64,000 bases of DNA, from positions 48,540,024 to 48,604,023 of the forward strand of contig NC_085845.1 of NCBI RefSeq assembly GCF_035594765.1, given 5' to 3'. This document shows, piece by piece, positions 60,802-64,000 of this stretch (its first letter is position 1; each line of letters starts with the position of its first letter). The translations under genes and the position numbers were made by a program. The stretch comes from Anolis carolinensis. Its lineage: Eukaryota. The notes below the pieces were generated by a model, which saw nothing but the letters and a program-made list of their open reading frames with translations, was not told the DNA's origin and did no database searches.

Positions 60802-63567
60802 CATTTATTATTGTCATTCATTGAAATCAAACAAATTTACATCGGAACTTAGAATTCATTGCAAAAGAGTGCCTTTCCAAACTACCAGTCCCATGATTCC
60901 ATAGCATTGAGCCATGGTAGTTAAAATGCTGTCAAAGTACATTAATTCTATAGTGTAGATGCACCCATAGTCAAACCACTACACCATGTTAGTTCCCCAT
61001 TTGTACCTCCTTATTAAAATAAAATACCTTAAAAATAAGATATGCCTTTAATTTTCAACTTTTCAAGGCACTGCAAATAAATGAACTAAACATTTTGCTG
61101 ATAATTTCTCCCTTTAGAAACTGTAGTTCTTAATCTCATTCATCCCATTTTTGAGAACCTACTCCTCACAGCCCCGCCTTTTCTACTTATCTGTAACAGC
61201 TATCTACAGACACTTCAAAATCTAGATGCCCAAATGGGTGAAGATATACAGATCTCTAGCGTGATGAGCATAACCATGTATTATATGACAAACAAACCAA
61301 TTCCAGAGTAGAACACACCTCCATGTTTGCAACATTTGAACTTCTTGAGACCTGATGTTTGACACAAAATGTTGTAGTTGACTTTTTCAAGTTTTCAAAC
61401 TTAGACAAGTGTTACTGAAAAGACTTTTGATTCTAGTTAATTTATAGTGGAACACCCATCACAGGCAGAAAGCCCTTCCATCCTCATTATCTTAGAATTT
61501 ATTCCTTCTGACAATATTTGTGGCTGCTAAAATAACCACATAATACTCACCTAGTAAGACAGATAAATTGGCTGCTTAAGCTTCACACTATCATCTTTGC
61601 CTGTAGCATTACTTCCTCCCTTGGCCAATTTGTGAGGGTTCAATTCCTCCTCCTCCTGCACTGCTAAAATTCCTTGTACAGATAATTCAGATAAAGAGAT
61701 AGACTGGTGTGCTTTGCTTAAAAGACTGGTCTGCCTATTCAGCTTTCTAAATGTGTATTTATTTCCCTGCCCAACAGTGTAATGCAAATAAAAGCTCAGA
61801 AAACAAAATACCAAAGTGAACAACTCATCAATTCCCTGAAACAAAACTGTGTACAAGATTGAAATATATCTTTTTTAAAATAAAAATCAAATAACGGAAA
61901 ACTTTGCCAATGCTTAAAAACATAATTGCATTTCTTTTCTTTTTCTATTGCCTTAAATGTAAATTTTCACATAAAACTCTACATAAACACAAACACAGAA
62001 ATATCATGAACCAAAGCTCCAAACAAACAACTGTCCAGAATTGTGCTTTAAGTTTCTTTCCAAGCTCTTGAATGACATGATTTCAAAATGTAATGACTAA
62101 AAGGTCAGCACATGACAGTTGAGCACCCATGACCCCAAATTAAGGGGTATTACCCTTTATCTACTAATCAGCGAGTCACAAATGTACAACTTGCCCCAAG
62201 AACTTTCAGAATTCCTAAGATTTGTTCGCATACCATTGCCTAAAAAAACACAGTAAGATAGTGCAGGCAGAAAAGAAAAGAAACATAGTTATGCCTGTGG
62301 GATGAATGTTGAGATGAAAAGCAGTAAATGGTGGCTCTCAGTGATTTTAGGTGCAATAGAGGAAGACTAACAAGACTTACGGTAATAAATAATGAGTCAG
62401 AACTTATCTTCTGTTATACAAATATTAATAAGTTTATTAATATAAGATTTAAAAAAAATCCCCAGAGTCTGCAAAGAAAAGGGCAGAAAAGCAACCAAAT
62501 CTCATCTAGATATCTGATGTTTGAAGCAAGAGAGACACAATAAAAAAGAGTCTGCAACAATTAGCGGACGAAATTAAAAAATGCCTGCATGATGGGAAGT
62601 TCAGCTTATAAAAAAGGGGGATGGAAAAAGACAAGAAAGACTGAAAATGGAGAAAGATAGAAAACAGAAAAAATATGAATGGAAATTATAAGCACAAAAG
62701 TAACAAAATTAACAAAAAAATAATGTGTCAACAGTCAATGGCCTAACAAATAATGAAATATTAGCAGAAAAAACTGTCCTAGTGGAATTTTGTTACCGAT
62801 TTCAGTTATGTGTGTAGAATTGAATTTGCCTTTGTGGTCCCCTGATACACTCTCACTTGTGAATCTAGTTTTCCAGCCAATTGTCAAATAAGGACCTGGT
62901 TCCAAGCAGCTGGTGGTTAGATAAGGTAGCAAAAACAAAAAACAGTACAGTCACAATCTGAGTGGTAGAGGGACAAAAATAGGCAGAGAAGGCAGAAGTC
63001 TTAAAGAATAAAAACCTATAAGAAAGATGTGCTGGAGAAAATGCTATATAATATCTAGTGATTAGAGTAGTTGAAAATGGCTGGTTTAAGGAGGAGAATA
63101 CCAAAAAAGTAAATTTTGAACAACAAAAGCTCTTATAGTTGAAGGAAAGATTTCTGATTTCTGTCAATATTTTATAATTTGTTTTATGCTATTCTCTGGA
63201 ATATCTGTTTCAGTATTTGGCAAAACAAGTTTTGGACCTTTTAGGAACACACATAACTGACACTGGTTTTGAAGAATGTACCTATTATTCTGTGCAAAAT
63301 TCTTGAACTACAGCTTTTATATTTTGCTGTTTTTATTAGTAAATGTGCAAAAAGATAACACTCTCTCATTTGTACTTTCCATTAATGTTGCCCCTATTAC
63401 AAGAAAGATATATAAGATATATTGCTCTTCTCAAGGGAATTAAGCTCAAGTAGCATTTCTTCTCATGATTGAGAATATGATGAAAGCAGCAGCTTCAATC
63501 AAAGGTGTAAATAGCAGACATACTAAATGAGAGATTTTATTAAAAAGAATGCCCCCATGTATATATA

Positions 63568-63750
63568 GTAAGGTAAAGTTAAAGGTTTCCCCTGACGTTA
63601 AGTCTAATCATGTCTGACTCTGGGGGTTGGTGCTCATCTCCATTTCTAAGCCAAAGAGCCGGCGTTGTCCGTAGACACCTCCAAGGTCACGTGGCTGGCA
63701 TGACTGCATGGAGTGCCGTTACCTTCCCGCCGGAGCGGTATCTATTGATC
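63568..63750 (-). mobile_element. Sauria SINE, 3' part
   Basis: (ACCTTT)-type tail reading aaggtaaagttaaagg on plus, followed by the characteristic body gtgctcatctccatttctaagcc...gttaccttcccgccggagcggta. Confidence 0.85.
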
Positions 63751-64000
63751 CTTCCAGGAACACAACATCAGTCTCAATTGTCCCCTGCATTTAACCCCCA
63801 AAACTTCTCAGACCTGGGAACTTCTCCAAAAGAGATGCCCTTACTAAGTTAAGTAGTGTAAGTCTCCATAACTAGCAATTCTTGTATAAGAAACCCTGAT
63901 GAAATTCATGAGGTCAGTAAAAGTCAACAAACAACTTGAAGACACATGCACACACACAACCTCCATTTACTAGGTACCAGGTCAATGTAAATAAAATATC

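Overview
AT-rich vertebrate genomic DNA. The repeat content (Sauria SINE, Vingi, CR1, L1, L2, Penelope, Chapaev3-like and hAT MITEs) points to a squamate, most likely an anole; this is inference. The whole window lies inside the 3' half of LRBA on the minus strand. Five complete coding exons (end of the BEACH domain to the first WD40 repeats) have exact AG/GT boundaries and consistent phases. A sixth exon has only its first 7 nt visible before a 276-nt assembly gap. The introns hold a dense transposon collection. The main element is a very young, apparently intact 6.4-kb Ty3/Gypsy chromovirus (sushi/PEG10-related) with 971-bp LTRs differing at one position I could find and a 5-bp TSD. It has no tRNA primer-binding site but shows a clear Tf1-style self-priming signal. 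Its gag-pol -1 frameshift site is non-canonical, and Pol reads about 97 codons into the 3' LTR. Also present: two independent 5'-inverted (twin-primed) L1 insertions, an inverted Penelope element carrying minimal hammerhead-ribozyme motifs, a ~270-bp foldback palindrome centred on CR1 tail repeats, nested MITE clusters, and several CpG-retaining intronic patches that may be conserved enhancers. No CRISPR array, tRNA gene or rRNA gene was found. Family names come from pattern recognition, not database searches.
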